Of a stretch of DNA of 64,000 nucleotides, positions 28,207 through 39,422 are shown piece after piece. Each line of letters begins with the position of its first letter. Position 1 is the first letter of the stretch. The translations under genes and the position numbers were made by a program. This DNA is from Promethearchaeia archaeon. GTDB taxonomy: Archaea > Asgardarchaeota > Lokiarchaeia > Sigyniarchaeales > SOKP01. Location: positions 105,658-169,657 of the forward strand of contig JAHQWJ010000062.1 in NCBI GenBank assembly GCA_029856125.1. The letters run 5' to 3'. The notes under the pieces are model-generated. The model was not told where the DNA came from and did no database searches. It saw only the letters and a list, made by a program, of their open reading frames with translations.

Positions 28207-28845
28207 ATGGAGAGAAAAAACCAACATTATTCGTCACAATTTCCTGATGTTAGAGTTAAAGTCTTTACAGTTCCAGTTAGCTTATGTCGCCATTTGTACT
28301 TATTTAAAACAATTACGGGGATTTTTTCCTACAAAAAATTGGACTTGGGTACAAAAGTGTTTATTGAACATATGACTATCCCTAAAAAAGGGGGTAACTT
28401 ACTTGATTTAGGATGTGGTTATGGGGCTATAGGAATAGTTCTAGCGTACTTGAGTCCGCAAAGCTCTGTTTATTTAATTGATACAAATAAAAGAGCACTC
28501 TGGTGCACTAAGGAGAACATAAAATATAATGTATCCGAAAGATCAGGTAAAGTAATAGTTTTGCATGGTAGTTATTTTAAACCTTTACAAGACAAAAACA
28601 TCAAATTTGACGCCATCTATATGAACCCTCCACTAAGAAATGGCAGAAAAGAATTTCTTGCATTGTGCAAAGATATACCATTGTTTCTGAAAAGAAATGG
28701 ACAATTTCAATTTGTAATAAAAAAAAAATTGGGAGCAAATTATATTTACAATTATTTAATCCAAAATCTTTCAGATTTATATGAAAATATAAGCGTGACT
28801 TTTAAAAGATCTGGATATTGGATTTTCAGTTTAGTGTCAATTTAG
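28207..28845 (+). CDS. Class I SAM methyltransferase, RsmC/MTS family
   Basis: GIFSYKKLDLGT, LLDLGCGYGAIG, NPP, GYWI. Confidence 0.88.
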   Translation: MERKNQHYSSQFPDVRVKVFTVPVSLCRHLYLFKTITGIFSYKKLDLGTKVFIEHMTIPKKGGNLLDLGCGYGAIGIVLAYLSPQSSVYLIDTNKRALWCTKENIKYNVSERSGKVIVLHGSYFKPLQDKNIKFDAIYMNPPLRNGRKEFLALCKDIPLFLKRNGQFQFVIKKKLGANYIYNYLIQNLSDLYENISVTFKRSGYWIFSLVSI

Positions 28846-28990
28846 ACGAAGTATTGAAATTTTCATCTTTAAAAACACCGATATCACGGTTAGCATTTGT
28901 AAAAATTTAAGAGAATAATAGTAAAAATAGAAAAATTTTTTAGAAATAGAATATTTTTTGAAACAATTCGCGAGGAAAGAGGATTTTTTT

Positions 28991-29248
28991 TTGACAAAGA
29001 AAAGAAAAATAGATGTTCTGCTTCATGAACTAGTTCCAAAACATTACCTTTTAACGAAAGAAGAATCACAGAATTTATTAGAAAAATACCAAATCACTAT
29101 GTCTGATTTACCCCAAATGTTTGATAACGACCCGGTTTCAATGGCAATTGGCGCAAAAGAAGGGGACATCATAAAGATTGTTAGAGATTCTCATACAACA
29201 GTAAAAAAGATAAATTATTATCGATATGTCAGGAAAGAAAAAGTTTAA
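28991..29248 (+). CDS. rpoH: RNA polymerase subunit Rpo5 (H)
   Basis: HELVPKH, LPQM..NDPV, GDIIKIVRDS, YYRYV. Confidence 0.95.
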   Translation: MTKKRKIDVLLHELVPKHYLLTKEESQNLLEKYQITMSDLPQMFDNDPVSMAIGAKEGDIIKIVRDSHTTVKKINYYRYVRKEKV

Positions 29249-29293
29249 AAAAACTTTTTATTTAAAACTAATATTTTAACAGGTTAATCAAAA

Positions 29294-32200
29294 TTGAGTT
29301 CTGAAAAAATATCCAATAACGACAAGTGGGTCGTATTAAAAAGCTTATTTGACGAAAAAGGTTTAGTTCGCCAGCACCTCGATTCTTACAATAGTTTTAT
29401 TGAAGACGAAATGCAAGGCATCGTTAGTGAATCTGGCGAGGTTATACCAGATATCCCAGGATTCAAAATCACTTTCGGGAAGATCAAGGTAGGAATACCA
29501 AAAGTTAGAGAGGCAGATGGTGCTACTATGGAAATCACGCCCATTGAGGCTAGGATACGAGAGTTAAGTTATGCGGCAGATATTATCCTAGAAATGACTC
29601 CTATAACTATAGACGAACGAACTCAAAGGGAGGAAGCAGAAGAAACTTTAGATATTTACATTGGTAAGATTCCTATAATGCTAAAGAGTTGTCGATGCCC
29701 TTTGGAAAATTTGACTGAACAAGAATTAGTTAATCGAGGAGAAGATCCACTTGATCCAGGAGGATATTTTATCATAAATGGAACAGAGCGCGTACTGGTG
29801 ACTCAAGAAGATTTAGCCCCTAATAGAATTTTGGCCGAAGAGGCAAGTCGAAGCTCGAGCGCCACGCACCAAGCAAAGGTTTTTTCGACGAGAAGTGGAT
29901 TTCGAGCACCAGTAACCATTGAGAGAAAAAAAGATGGTAATTTAAGAGTTTCTTTTCCTTCGGTTCCTGGGAAGATTCCACTTGCGATATTAATGCGTGC
30001 TTTAGGATTACACTCGGATAGAGAAATTTTTGAAGCCATCTCGGAAAATGAAGATATCCAAAAAGAATTAATTCCAGTTATAGATGTTGCTTCCGAAATC
30101 CAGGTTTTAAAAGACTCTGAAAAATCCCAACAAAATTCATTAGACTACATTGGAAAGAGAGTCGCAATTGGCCAAACAAAAGACTACCGTATTCGGAGAG
30201 CGCTTCAAGTTTTGGATCGGTATCTTTTACCTCACATTGGAAATGCCGAAGAGGACCGTATCAAAAAAGCATATTACTTGGGACAAATGGCTCAAAAAGT
30301 TATGGAACTTAACTTAGGGCTTCGAGAAGCTGATGATAAAGACCATTACGCTAACAAAAGGTTGAAATTAGCTGGAGAATTGTTCACTTCTCTTTTTAGA
30401 GTTGCGTTTCTAAACCTAGTAAAAGATATTAAATATCAATTAGAACGTACCGCGGTACGAGGAAGAGCGCCTAATATTAAAACTGCTGTGAGAGCAGACG
30501 TAATTACTGAAAGAATTAGGCACGCCTTAGCAACGGGTAACTGGGTTGGAGGAAAAGCTGGAGTTAGTCAATTATTAAACCGAACAAATCATGTAGGAAC
30601 TTTAAGCCATTTAAGGAGAGTTATCTCTCCATTAAGCAGAAGTCAACCCCATTTTGAGGCGAGAGATTTGCATCCTACGCAGTGGGGGAAAATTTGTCCT
30701 GCAGAAACGCCAGAAGGACCAAATTGTGGGCTAGTTAAAAATCTTGGGCTTGCTTCAATAATTTCCGTTGGTGCTGACGAAAGAATTATAGAAAATATAC
30801 TGTTTGATCTCGGAGTAATTCCAATAAGTGAAGTAAAAAGCATAAAAGGAGAAAAAGTAAACATTTTTCTAAACGGAAAACTGGTTGGGATTCATCAAAA
30901 ATATAATCCATTCACAAACCAACTTCGAGAAAAGAGGCGGAAAAGTGAAATTGGTGTACACGTTAATATTGGATATTATCACGATTCTAAAGAGGTGCAA
31001 ATTAATTGTGACGCTGGACGAGCCACGCGACCCCTATTTATCATAAAAAATAATGAATTGCTGATTACAAAGGAAGATATTGAAAAAATTAAGCAAGGTA
31101 AGTATAATTGGTCAGACTTAATTCAGAAAGGCGTTATAGAATATTTAGACGCAGAAGAAGAAGAGAACGCCTATATTGCGATGTTTGAAGAAGATATTAC
31201 CGCCGAACACACGCATTTAGAAATCTCCCCGGCTGCTATATTAGGAATTTGCGCGTCTATTATTCCATTTCCAGAACACAACCAGTCTCCCCGAAATACT
31301 TACGAAGCAGGAATGGTTAAACAAGCTTTAGGGCTATTCACGGCAAACATGCATCTTCGGCTTGATACGCGGGGCCATACGCTTCATTACCCACAAACAC
31401 CGCTCGTTATAACTAGTCCAATGAAAATAATAGGCATAAATCGTAGACCTGCTGGACAAAATTTTATAATCGGGATGATGAGTTTTGAGGGATACAACAT
31501 TGAAGACGCTATAGTAATTAACAAAGCCTCTATCGAGCGGGGATTAGCTCGGAGTCATTTCTTTAGAACTTACGACGCCGAAGAAAGAAAATATCCGGGA
31601 GGAGAATTAGATAAATTTGAGATACCAGAGAGAGGCGTAAGAGGTTTTAAATCTGCTGAATCGTATAGATTACTATCTGAAGAAGATGGCATTATAGAAC
31701 CTGAAACTACAGTTAATGGCGGTGATGTCCTTATCGGGAGAACTTCACCTCCCCGGTTCATTAAATCCTACGAAGAATTTGAATTGATGCAGCCTAACAG
31801 ACGGGAAACATCAAAAAACATGCGCCATAACGAAAAAGGCATTGTTGACACGGTTATAATTTCTGAAACCGTTGATGGAAACAAACTGGTAAAAATTAAA
31901 GTCAGAGATTTGCGCATTCCGGAGTTAGGAGATAAATTTTCTTCCAGACATGGACAGAAAGGAGTACTTGGATTAGTTCAACCAGCTGAAGATATGCCCT
32001 TCACATCTAGTGGTGTGATTCCAGATATTATTGTAAATCCTCACGCAATGCCTTCACGAATGACGCTTGGACAACTTTTTGAAGGTATTAGTGGTAAAAT
32101 AGCATGTTCAACCGGTAAATTAGGTGACGCAACTGCTTTCGAATGGAAAGATATCACAAAACTCCAAGAACAATTGGTTGAAGCGGGATTTGAATTTAAC

Positions 32201-32665
32201 GGTAGAGAAGTAATGTATAACGGTATTACGGGTAAAAAATATGAAGCTGGGATCTACTGCACCCCGATTTATTATCAGAAATTATATCACCTTGTTGCAG
32301 ACAAACTCCACGCTAGGGCGAGAGGACCCGTTCAAATCTTAACAAGACAACCAACAGAAGGTAGGGCAAGAGAAGGTGGGTTAAGATTTGGCGAAATGGA
32401 AAGAGATTGTTTAGTAGGGCACGGATCTGCTTTATTGCTAAAGGAGAGGCTTCTTGATGAATCCGATAGAACTGTTGTCTTAGTTTGCGAGAAGTGTGGG
32501 CTTCTTGCTGTTTACGATAGAAACAGAGATAAGAGATATTGTCCTGTGTGTGGGGAAGGGACTGTTATATCTAAGGTTGTATGCTCTTATGCCTTCAAAC
32601 TACTTCTCCAAGAAATGATGTCTCTTGGATTAGCTCCTAGGCTCAAGTTGAAAGAAAAAATTTAA
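29294..32665 (+). CDS. rpoB: RNA polymerase subunit Rpo2 (B), unsplit
   Basis: QHLDSYN, DPGGYFIINGTE, ETPEG, GDKFSSRHGQKG, GGLRFGEMERD. Confidence 0.98.
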   Translation: MSSEKISNNDKWVVLKSLFDEKGLVRQHLDSYNSFIEDEMQGIVSESGEVIPDIPGFKITFGKIKVGIPKVREADGATMEITPIEARIRELSYAADIILEMTPITIDERTQREEAEETLDIYIGKIPIMLKSCRCPLENLTEQELVNRGEDPLDPGGYFIINGTERVLVTQEDLAPNRILAEEASRSSSATHQAKVFSTRSGFRAPVTIERKKDGNLRVSFPSVPGKIPLAILMRALGLHSDREIFEAISENEDIQKELIPVIDVASEIQVLKDSEKSQQNSLDYIGKRVAIGQTKDYRIRRALQVLDRYLLPHIGNAEEDRIKKAYYLGQMAQKVMELNLGLREADDKDHYANKRLKLAGELFTSLFRVAFLNLVKDIKYQLERTAVRGRAPNIKTAVRADVITERIRHALATGNWVGGKAGVSQLLNRTNHVGTLSHLRRVISPLSRSQPHFEARDLHPTQWGKICPAETPEGPNCGLVKNLGLASIISVGADERIIENILFDLGVIPISEVKSIKGEKVNIFLNGKLVGIHQKYNPFTNQLREKRRKSEIGVHVNIGYYHDSKEVQINCDAGRATRPLFIIKNNELLITKEDIEKIKQGKYNWSDLIQKGVIEYLDAEEEENAYIAMFEEDITAEHTHLEISPAAILGICASIIPFPEHNQSPRNTYEAGMVKQALGLFTANMHLRLDTRGHTLHYPQTPLVITSPMKIIGINRRPAGQNFIIGMMSFEGYNIEDAIVINKASIERGLARSHFFRTYDAEERKYPGGELDKFEIPERGVRGFKSAESYRLLSEEDGIIEPETTVNGGDVLIGRTSPPRFIKSYEEFELMQPNRRETSKNMRHNEKGIVDTVIISETVDGNKLVKIKVRDLRIPELGDKFSSRHGQKGVLGLVQPAEDMPFTSSGVIPDIIVNPHAMPSRMTLGQLFEGISGKIACSTGKLGDATAFEWKDITKLQEQLVEAGFEFNGREVMYNGITGKKYEAGIYCTPIYYQKLYHLVADKLHARARGPVQILTRQPTEGRAREGGLRFGEMERDCLVGHGSALLLKERLLDESDRTVVLVCEKCGLLAVYDRNRDKRYCPVCGEGTVISKVVCSYAFKLLLQEMMSLGLAPRLKLKEKI

Positions 32666-32759
32666 GTAAATCATCTTTTTTATACTCTATTTTATTGGTT
32701 GAAAAAAGAAGCTTTAATTACTATTGTATAGCTAAAATTTAAAAAAAAAAATAAGATAA

Positions 32760-33179
32760 TTAAAGTCCAAACCCTAAGAAATTATAAAGCTCTGGTATCA
32801 TAGTATAGAGTAGAAACAGGAAAAACAGTGTCAATAGGGATATCCACACAGACTGATCCCAAGGTATACTGATGAAAAATTTAGTTAAAACTAAAATTAT
32901 TAGAAATCCGATGATTGGTGTTAACTGAGTTAAATAGTTTGAACCACTAAAAGCTACTAAGTTACCTATTACTCCGAGCACTTGATTGATAGCTCCCAGA
33001 ATTATTGGAATTATCAAAACAAAGATAAAAGCTAAGATTACTATTACAAATTTTTTATCAGAAGCTTTAGTTTTTGATGCTATAAGTAATACCGATATGT
33101 ATAGGATTAATGCGACAATGACAGTTGCTAAAATTAACCAAAGAATAAACATTAAAGTACTGTCTAGTTGAAATAACAT
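32760..33179 (-). CDS. Hypothetical membrane protein (~4 TM)
   Basis: Four hydrophobic segments. Confidence 0.75.
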   Translation of the reverse strand: MLFQLDSTLMFILWLILATVIVALILYISVLLIASKTKASDKKFVIVILAFIFVLIIPIILGAINQVLGVIGNLVAFSGSNYLTQLTPIIGFLIILVLTKFFISIPWDQSVWISLLTLFFLFLLYTMIPELYNFLGFGL

Positions 33180-33361
33180 TTTTACGCTCCAATTAAATAT
33201 TTGAGTATGTTTATTTTTAAATTAAGAAAAACATATTCTCCTTCTTTTATAAATATTTATTAAATAAAATATTGATTTTTAAGAGATAGCAACTAACTCT
33301 TAACAAGATTTAAGCCTTTTTGTATTAAAAGAAGGACAATCCGCAATTGCATCAAGCAGAA

Positions 33362-33589
33362 TTATATCCCAAACGTAATTAGGAAGAAGTGGAAAGAAAA
33401 ACCCAACAATACCGCAGAAATACTGATTGAAATAATAGAGAGTTTAATGGATATTTCTCTGCCGTATCTTGTATAAACCACTAAAGTAGTCAAAGCTACT
33501 AATCCAAATATGAGAAAAATCCACGCTAATATCCATATTGGTAACGAGGGAACTTGAAATCCGCCGACTTGCAGTAATATAAGTAACAT
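33362..33589 (-). CDS. Small membrane protein (2 TM)
   Basis: Two hydrophobic helices linked by YTRYGREISIK. Confidence 0.65.
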   Translation of the reverse strand: MLLILLQVGGFQVPSLPIWILAWIFLIFGLVALTTLVVYTRYGREISIKLSIISISISAVLLGFSFHFFLITFGI

Positions 33590-33699
33590 TAAAAATCGTA
33601 TTTTATTTTTGTAGGTTGAATAAGATCTTATAATTTATTTTTTTTTAAGTTTATCAATCTGAATTTAAACTTATTAAAAAAGGGAAGATAAAAAGATAA

Positions 33700-34587
33700 T
33701 TATTCTGGTTTAGTAGAATAAAATACATTTTTTGCTTTCTTAAGGTAACTAATAAGGTAAGGCATGCCATTAAACTTATTTTTGAGAAATGTCAGCAACT
33801 CTTGAAATTCATACTTTCTGTGAAGAATTCCACTTCTGAGTAGAGAAAGTGTAAATAACACATAATTTTTTCTTAGGATTTCGAATTTTTTAGAAAATTT
33901 ATTTGTTCTCCTATAACTTATGGATTCACTCATGAAATTAAGCATGATTTTTTGTATATTATTATCTAATAACAATTTACTAAGTTGTAACGAAACGCTA
34001 TGAACTGAAGTAAGATAGTATCTTTTGTTGAAGAAAAGGCATATATAGAATCCAAATTTAAATACCGCTTTCGTAAATTCTATCATAGCTTTTGTAGAAT
34101 CCTCCCTAATTTTGCTCTCTTTTAGACTTCTATCCAAATGATAAAGGCATCTAGCTAAAATATCGTTATAATCAAAATCAAAACTAAAAGGATCTGGAAT
34201 TTGCTCTCTAATATCTTTTCCGTATAAAAGCTGAGAATTTTCTTTAAATTTTAAATCTATTAGGCTCCATTCATAATTTGCGAAGGATTCCTGAACGAAA
34301 AGCTTTTTTGTTTTTAGCCCTTGAATAGTGTTATATCCTATCCATACGTTATGGTTATCAAATTTTCTAACTTCGTAACGAACATCAGTCCAATCGAGTT
34401 TCGTAATTTTATCCAAAGTAGATACTATTACAATTACATCAATATCAGTATTTCTCCAATCGGATGGAAGATTTTTATCAAAATAACTACCAATACCAAA
34501 GATGCTAATAATTTCGCCTTTTAAATTTGTCTGTAAATATTTAATAATGCTTGTAGTTATGTTGTCTACTGCTTTGATTTTATTCAC
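33700..34587 (-). CDS. Pol-beta-like nucleotidyltransferase domain protein with helical C-terminal domain
   Basis: IFGIGSYF...TDIDVIVIV; LLYGKD. Confidence 0.7.
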   Translation of the reverse strand: MNKIKAVDNITTSIIKYLQTNLKGEIISIFGIGSYFDKNLPSDWRNTDIDVIVIVSTLDKITKLDWTDVRYEVRKFDNHNVWIGYNTIQGLKTKKLFVQESFANYEWSLIDLKFKENSQLLYGKDIREQIPDPFSFDFDYNDILARCLYHLDRSLKESKIREDSTKAMIEFTKAVFKFGFYICLFFNKRYYLTSVHSVSLQLSKLLLDNNIQKIMLNFMSESISYRRTNKFSKKFEILRKNYVLFTLSLLRSGILHRKYEFQELLTFLKNKFNGMPYLISYLKKAKNVFYSTKPE

Positions 34588-34654
34588 TACTTATTGTATA
34601 AATTAAAATTTAAAGATATATTATCATAATAGATCTATATTAACAAAAAAATAA

Positions 34655-35452
34655 ATGGTTCATTTAAAAATGCATTTTTTGAGCGAATTAGTTAAAAAAC
34701 CCATTTTAGAAAATCCTTTTGAGCAACACTTAAACATCCATCGTCATTTTTACCGGTATTCTAAGGGAGTGTTTATTGGCCCTGCTTTAAAAATCTCCAA
34801 AACTAAAGCAAAAATTACTATGAAAGGTGCTCATGAATACGAAGATTTAATTTTAGAAGCAGTTACTACATCAATTTCTAATTCTCAGGAGAATTTCGAG
34901 ATTAATGGAAAATTGATAAGTAGTAGCGATATAGCAAATGTTATATCAGAATTGGGTTTAAACTGGGTTTTGAAAAAATCCACAGGTAAAACAAAAAATT
35001 ATAAAGCAGAAATTGTCGATGAAATAAATAAGGATTTGTTGCTCCAAATTATTGATGTATTTCGAGAAAATTGCTATTTACTTTTATCGTATAACAGAAA
35101 TGCAACTTGCAAAGTTACGACGAAAAAAAATATACCTCAGCCGTCGAAAAAAAAGGTAGAAGAAGACGATGTAAGCAAAAGAATACAGTTTTGCACTGGA
35201 GTGATCAATAATACAGACGCTAATCTCGAAATGCTAATAGATTTAGCAGCCCCTGATTTTAAATCAGAACTTCCGAATAATTGGAAATCAATTACAATAC
35301 TTAACAATTATACCATAAACCAAATCGAGATTCCAGCAAACATAAAAGATACTCGATTGTTAAGGATCATGGCAATAAGGAAAGGCAAGATGATTCGGTC
35401 ACTTGATGTTGACGGCGACCTTATCGAAAAACAGTATTCTCTTGTAGTATAA
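34655..35452 (+). CDS. Hypothetical protein
   Basis: 265-aa ORF (IHRHFYRYSKGVFIGP; LRIMAIRKGKMIR), co-oriented with tfe. Confidence 0.75.
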   Translation: MVHLKMHFLSELVKKPILENPFEQHLNIHRHFYRYSKGVFIGPALKISKTKAKITMKGAHEYEDLILEAVTTSISNSQENFEINGKLISSSDIANVISELGLNWVLKKSTGKTKNYKAEIVDEINKDLLLQIIDVFRENCYLLLSYNRNATCKVTTKKNIPQPSKKKVEEDDVSKRIQFCTGVINNTDANLEMLIDLAAPDFKSELPNNWKSITILNNYTINQIEIPANIKDTRLLRIMAIRKGKMIRSLDVDGDLIEKQYSLVV

Positions 35453-35555
35453 TGAAATGAACCTTTTGGTTCTTTTTAATACAATTCATAAAATTTAACT
35501 TTTATAATGGACTAAAATTTGTAATAAATAGTGAAATCATAGGAGATAGAACAAA

Positions 35556-36137
35556 ATGAAGGATTTAAGCCCATTATTAAGGACCTTTTTATTCGTTATA
35601 GCTGGAGACATCGCTATCGAGGTCGGTATAGAATTATTGAATTCTGAAGAAGAAGATATCACAGATGAGGGAATAACGGAAAATATTAAAGCACGCATAA
35701 AAGAGTTAAATCCTGAAATAGTTTTTGAAGAAAACGGTGTTGAAGTTTTAAAATTAAATACGGTTCGTAAAACGCTCTACAAGTTGTATAGTGGGAAATT
35801 AGCTCAATTTAGGAGAATACGAGATAAATCTACGGGCTGGTTTATATATTATTGGTGGCATGAATTTGACTTATTCGATGAAATTCTAAATGATAAAAAG
35901 AGACTGGTTGAGACAAAACTAAGGGAACGGTTAAAGTTCGAGGAAACTAATTACTTTTTTGTATGTAAGAATTGTCAAGATTCGACCTTAAAATATAACT
36001 TTGACTCGGCTTTTGAATTAAATTTTAAATGCCCTGATTGTAGTGGTCCATTAGAAGCTCAAGATAATCAAGAAGTGATTCAATTTCTAAAAGAAAAAAT
36101 TGTTTTAATTGAACACCTTGATTTATCAGTTAATTAG
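35556..36137 (+). CDS. tfe: Transcription factor E alpha
   Basis: TDEGI, LNTVRKTLYKL, RDKSTGWFIYYW, FKCPDCSGPLEAQDN. Confidence 0.94.
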   Translation: MKDLSPLLRTFLFVIAGDIAIEVGIELLNSEEEDITDEGITENIKARIKELNPEIVFEENGVEVLKLNTVRKTLYKLYSGKLAQFRRIRDKSTGWFIYYWWHEFDLFDEILNDKKRLVETKLRERLKFEETNYFFVCKNCQDSTLKYNFDSAFELNFKCPDCSGPLEAQDNQEVIQFLKEKIVLIEHLDLSVN

Positions 36138-36256
36138 ATAGAGTTAGATTTTTCTTAGAACCCTAGATTTAATCTATCCATCATAAAACGGTATGCTAAG
36201 CTTAAGATATTTAACAATTTACTTCTGATTTCTAAAAATTTAATATTGTTAGATTA

Positions 36257-36793
36257 TCACTTCTTTCTTCTCTTCACAATAGCAATATCCCCTAAAGAAG
36301 AACTACTAGATTTCTTCATATACTTATTCTGCGTGGTACTAGGATCAATTTCGTCTACTTTTTTGACTAAAGTAATTTCATACACTTGTTCAATTTTCTT
36401 GGCTAATTTAATAGTGGGTTCAACTTTTCCTGCTTCGATTCTCCGAAGTAATGATGGTTTTTCATTTAATTTTTGAGCAAATTGATCTTGATTTAATCCA
36501 CGAGAGTTGCGAGCTTTTCTGATCCTAGTAACATAGTCAGTCACTATTTCTAAACCATCGTCAATTTGTCTATTATACGCTTTTTTCTTGGTAGGGAAAT
36601 TAGGTTTAGCATAGTTTTGTTTGACCATGTCGTTAGTTCTAGAAACTTTTTTGATTTTAACACCGTACTGGGCACAACTTTGACATACAGTGATTTTCGC
36701 TCCTTCTATTAAGACTTTTTGCCCGCGCCCCCATATTTTTCCACCGCAAATAGGGCATTCCTTCTCAAATTGATTCGACATTTTTTTCGACAT
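36257..36793 (-). CDS. mbf1: Archaeal multiprotein bridging factor MBF1
   Basis: CPICG...IEGAKITVCQSCAQYG zinc ribbon, HTH (IRKAR...RRIEAGK), SLGD tail. Confidence 0.92.
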   Translation of the reverse strand: MSKKMSNQFEKECPICGGKIWGRGQKVLIEGAKITVCQSCAQYGVKIKKVSRTNDMVKQNYAKPNFPTKKKAYNRQIDDGLEIVTDYVTRIRKARNSRGLNQDQFAQKLNEKPSLLRRIEAGKVEPTIKLAKKIEQVYEITLVKKVDEIDPSTTQNKYMKKSSSSSLGDIAIVKRRKK

Positions 36794-37034
36794 AAACCTA
36801 CATTACATTCATTAGTTTTCAAGGAACGGAACTACATATTATGATTGGGAAAAAGAACTCTTATATTTTTTGATTTTTAGACAAAGCTCGTTATAATTTA
36901 TAATCCAAAAATTTTTTAAAACTCATGTTCTTTCTGATATTAGCGTATTACCTTAAGTTTAAATGACTACATTGTTATTATTATTTTAGGTAATACTTTC
37001 AAAATAATTATGTTAAAGATGGGGATTTAATTAC

Positions 37035-38246
37035 TTGACAAAGGCCACAGAGAGCAGAAAAAAAAAGGAAGAAACAAAAGATGAAGAATATTTAATTACC
37101 TATACCAGACATCTAGAAAAAAGGCTAAGAAATTTAGAAACTGAAAAACAGTTACTAGATGCTGAGCGCTTAAGGTTAGAACAGGAGTTAAGCAGTTTAC
37201 GAAATGAGATAGATAGGTTAAGAGAACCACCTTTAGTATCAGCTACTGTAATAGATATGCTAGAAGATTCCGGGAAAGTAATCGTGAAAAGTTCTACCGG
37301 CCCTAGCTTTGTCGTCAACCCGAGTAGGAAAGTAAAAAACGAGAATTTAACTCCTGGGATGAGAGTAGCATTAAATCAGAGAACATTTGCTATTATGGAA
37401 ATCTTACCAACAAAATTAGACCCCTTTGTTAAAGGAATGGAAGTTATTGATGAAATCCCAGATATATCGTACGAGGACGTAGGCGGACTGGACGATCAAA
37501 TTTTGGAAGTTCGTGAAACCGTTGAGTTACCGCTATTAAAACCAGAGCTGTTTAAAAAGGTAGGAATTGATCCCCCTAAAGGAGTTTTACTTTACGGTCC
37601 ACCGGGAACTGGCAAAACTCTAGTAGCAAAAGCCGTTGCACACGAAACAGAGGCAACATTCATTAGAATTATAGGTTCGGAACTAGTACAAAAATTTATA
37701 GGAGAAGGTGCTCGTTTAGTAAGAGAAATTTTTAATTTAGCGAAACAGAAAGCCCCGACAATTTTATTTATAGACGAATTAGACGCCATCGGGTCTCAGA
37801 GATTAAAGATCGCAACATCTGGGGATCGGGAAGTACAGCGAACATTAATGCAACTATTAAGCGAGTTAGACGGATTTGGAGAACGCGGAGATATCAAAAT
37901 AATTGGCGCTACAAATCGAATTGATATCTTAGATCCCGCTTTATTAAGACCAGGAAGGTTTGATCGCATGATCGATTTTCCCGTGCCTGATGAGAAAGCA
38001 AGAGAATCGATTTTTAATATACACTCAAGAAATCTAAACATTGAAGGTGAGGTTAAATTTAAGAATTTAGTCAATTTAACTGAAGGTGCTACTGGAGCAG
38101 ATATTAAAGCTATTTGTACTGAAGCTGGAATGTTCGCGATTAGAAAAAACAAAGAAGTAATCGTGAAGGACGATTTTATAGAAGCGGTAAATAAAGTTAT
38201 GAGTAAGATGAGAGACAATGCGGTTCAGTCGAGGCTATACACCTAG
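37035..38246 (+). CDS. pan: Proteasome-activating nucleotidase
   Basis: N-terminal coiled coil, [33 protein letters not shown], HbYX tail LYT. Confidence 0.97.
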   Translation: MTKATESRKKKEETKDEEYLITYTRHLEKRLRNLETEKQLLDAERLRLEQELSSLRNEIDRLREPPLVSATVIDMLEDSGKVIVKSSTGPSFVVNPSRKVKNENLTPGMRVALNQRTFAIMEILPTKLDPFVKGMEVIDEIPDISYEDVGGLDDQILEVRETVELPLLKPELFKKVGIDPPKGVLLYGPPGTGKTLVAKAVAHETEATFIRIIGSELVQKFIGEGARLVREIFNLAKQKAPTILFIDELDAIGSQRLKIATSGDREVQRTLMQLLSELDGFGERGDIKIIGATNRIDILDPALLRPGRFDRMIDFPVPDEKARESIFNIHSRNLNIEGEVKFKNLVNLTEGATGADIKAICTEAGMFAIRKNKEVIVKDDFIEAVNKVMSKMRDNAVQSRLYT

Positions 38247-38316
38247 CTATATTTAGCCAAACATATTTATTACCGCCAACTTTATTTTTCATTAAATCTT
38301 TTGTAAGTCAATCAAT

Positions 38317-38814
38317 ATGGATATTAAATTCATTTTGGCTTTAAGAAAAGTTAAAGCTATTTGCGATTACCAATTTGGGCAAGCGATAACTGATATTTTG
38401 TTCGAAGACGAAAGCGAGATTCATTTTATTTTTTCCAGAAACACAGGAAAAATAAAACATATTTACCGCGAGAATAATTTATTGCTTAATTTAAGACCTA
38501 CGAATGGATTTTTCACACTTAGTCTTTTTTCAGCAGAAAGAATAATCAATAGCACTCCCTCACCTAAACATAGGGCAGTTGTTATGAGTGAAATCTCAGA
38601 ATTCATTAGAAAAGGTCGAAATGTCTTTTGTAAGCACATAGTTGATATCGATATTACATTAAGACCCAACGATGAGGTCATCGTAGTTGATCAAAGCAAC
38701 GATTTATTAGCAATTGGTAGATTAGTGATTCCAGTCCCATACGTTAAGAGTTTTCAAACAGGAATTGCACTAAAAATAAGGAAAGGAATAGGTAAATCTA
38801 AATTTTTATCTTAA
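38317..38814 (+). CDS. PUA-domain protein (like the archaeosine TGT C-terminal region)
   Basis: ICDYQFG, SRNTGKI, GRNVFCKHI, LRPNDEVIVV, ALKIRKG. Confidence 0.8.
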   Translation: MDIKFILALRKVKAICDYQFGQAITDILFEDESEIHFIFSRNTGKIKHIYRENNLLLNLRPTNGFFTLSLFSAERIINSTPSPKHRAVVMSEISEFIRKGRNVFCKHIVDIDITLRPNDEVIVVDQSNDLLAIGRLVIPVPYVKSFQTGIALKIRKGIGKSKFLS

Positions 38815-38838
38815 TTATATTAGTATAAGATATAACAT

Positions 38839-39336
38839 TTGGAGATGTTGAAAATAATGGTAAAATTGCCAAAAGAAATGCAAAAAAAAGAAAAAAGCAA
38901 ACCAACTCGCCCCCAAGCAACTAAGAAGAGAGAGGGTCAGCAATTTGCTTCCAGACAAATGCGTCGCCGAATGCAGCAACAAGGGATTAACATGGATCAG
39001 ATCGATGCAACGCGAGTTATAATCGAAAGTCATGATAAAACCTTGGTGATCGATCAGCCAGAGGTAATCTTAATGAAACAGATGGGTCAGGAGATGTATC
39101 AAATCATTGGCGATGCAGAAGAATATGCCTCAGGAGAATTTACAATTGAAGATAGAGAAGAAGTAGAGAGTGTTGAACCAACGGAAGAGAGCATTTCTAA
39201 ACCTGTTATTACCGAAAATGATATCATGCTAGTAGCCGCTCAAGCAAAGGTGGATAAAAAAGAGGCTAATGCGGCGTTAATTGATAGTGACGGAGATATT
39301 GCTAAAGCTATTATATATCTAAAAAACAAACCATAA
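38839..39336 (+). CDS. nac: Nascent polypeptide-associated complex protein
   Basis: RQMRRRMQQQGI, MGQEMYQIIG, UBA-like DIMLVAAQ...GDIAKAI. Confidence 0.92.
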   Translation: MEMLKIMVKLPKEMQKKEKSKPTRPQATKKREGQQFASRQMRRRMQQQGINMDQIDATRVIIESHDKTLVIDQPEVILMKQMGQEMYQIIGDAEEYASGEFTIEDREEVESVEPTEESISKPVITENDIMLVAAQAKVDKKEANAALIDSDGDIAKAIIYLKNKP

Positions 39337-39422
39337 AATTCGCAACACATACCTTTGGAAAAAAAAAAGTATTAAGAATCATAAACCATTCCATTTTTTA
39401 TAACTACTATGGTATAAACATC

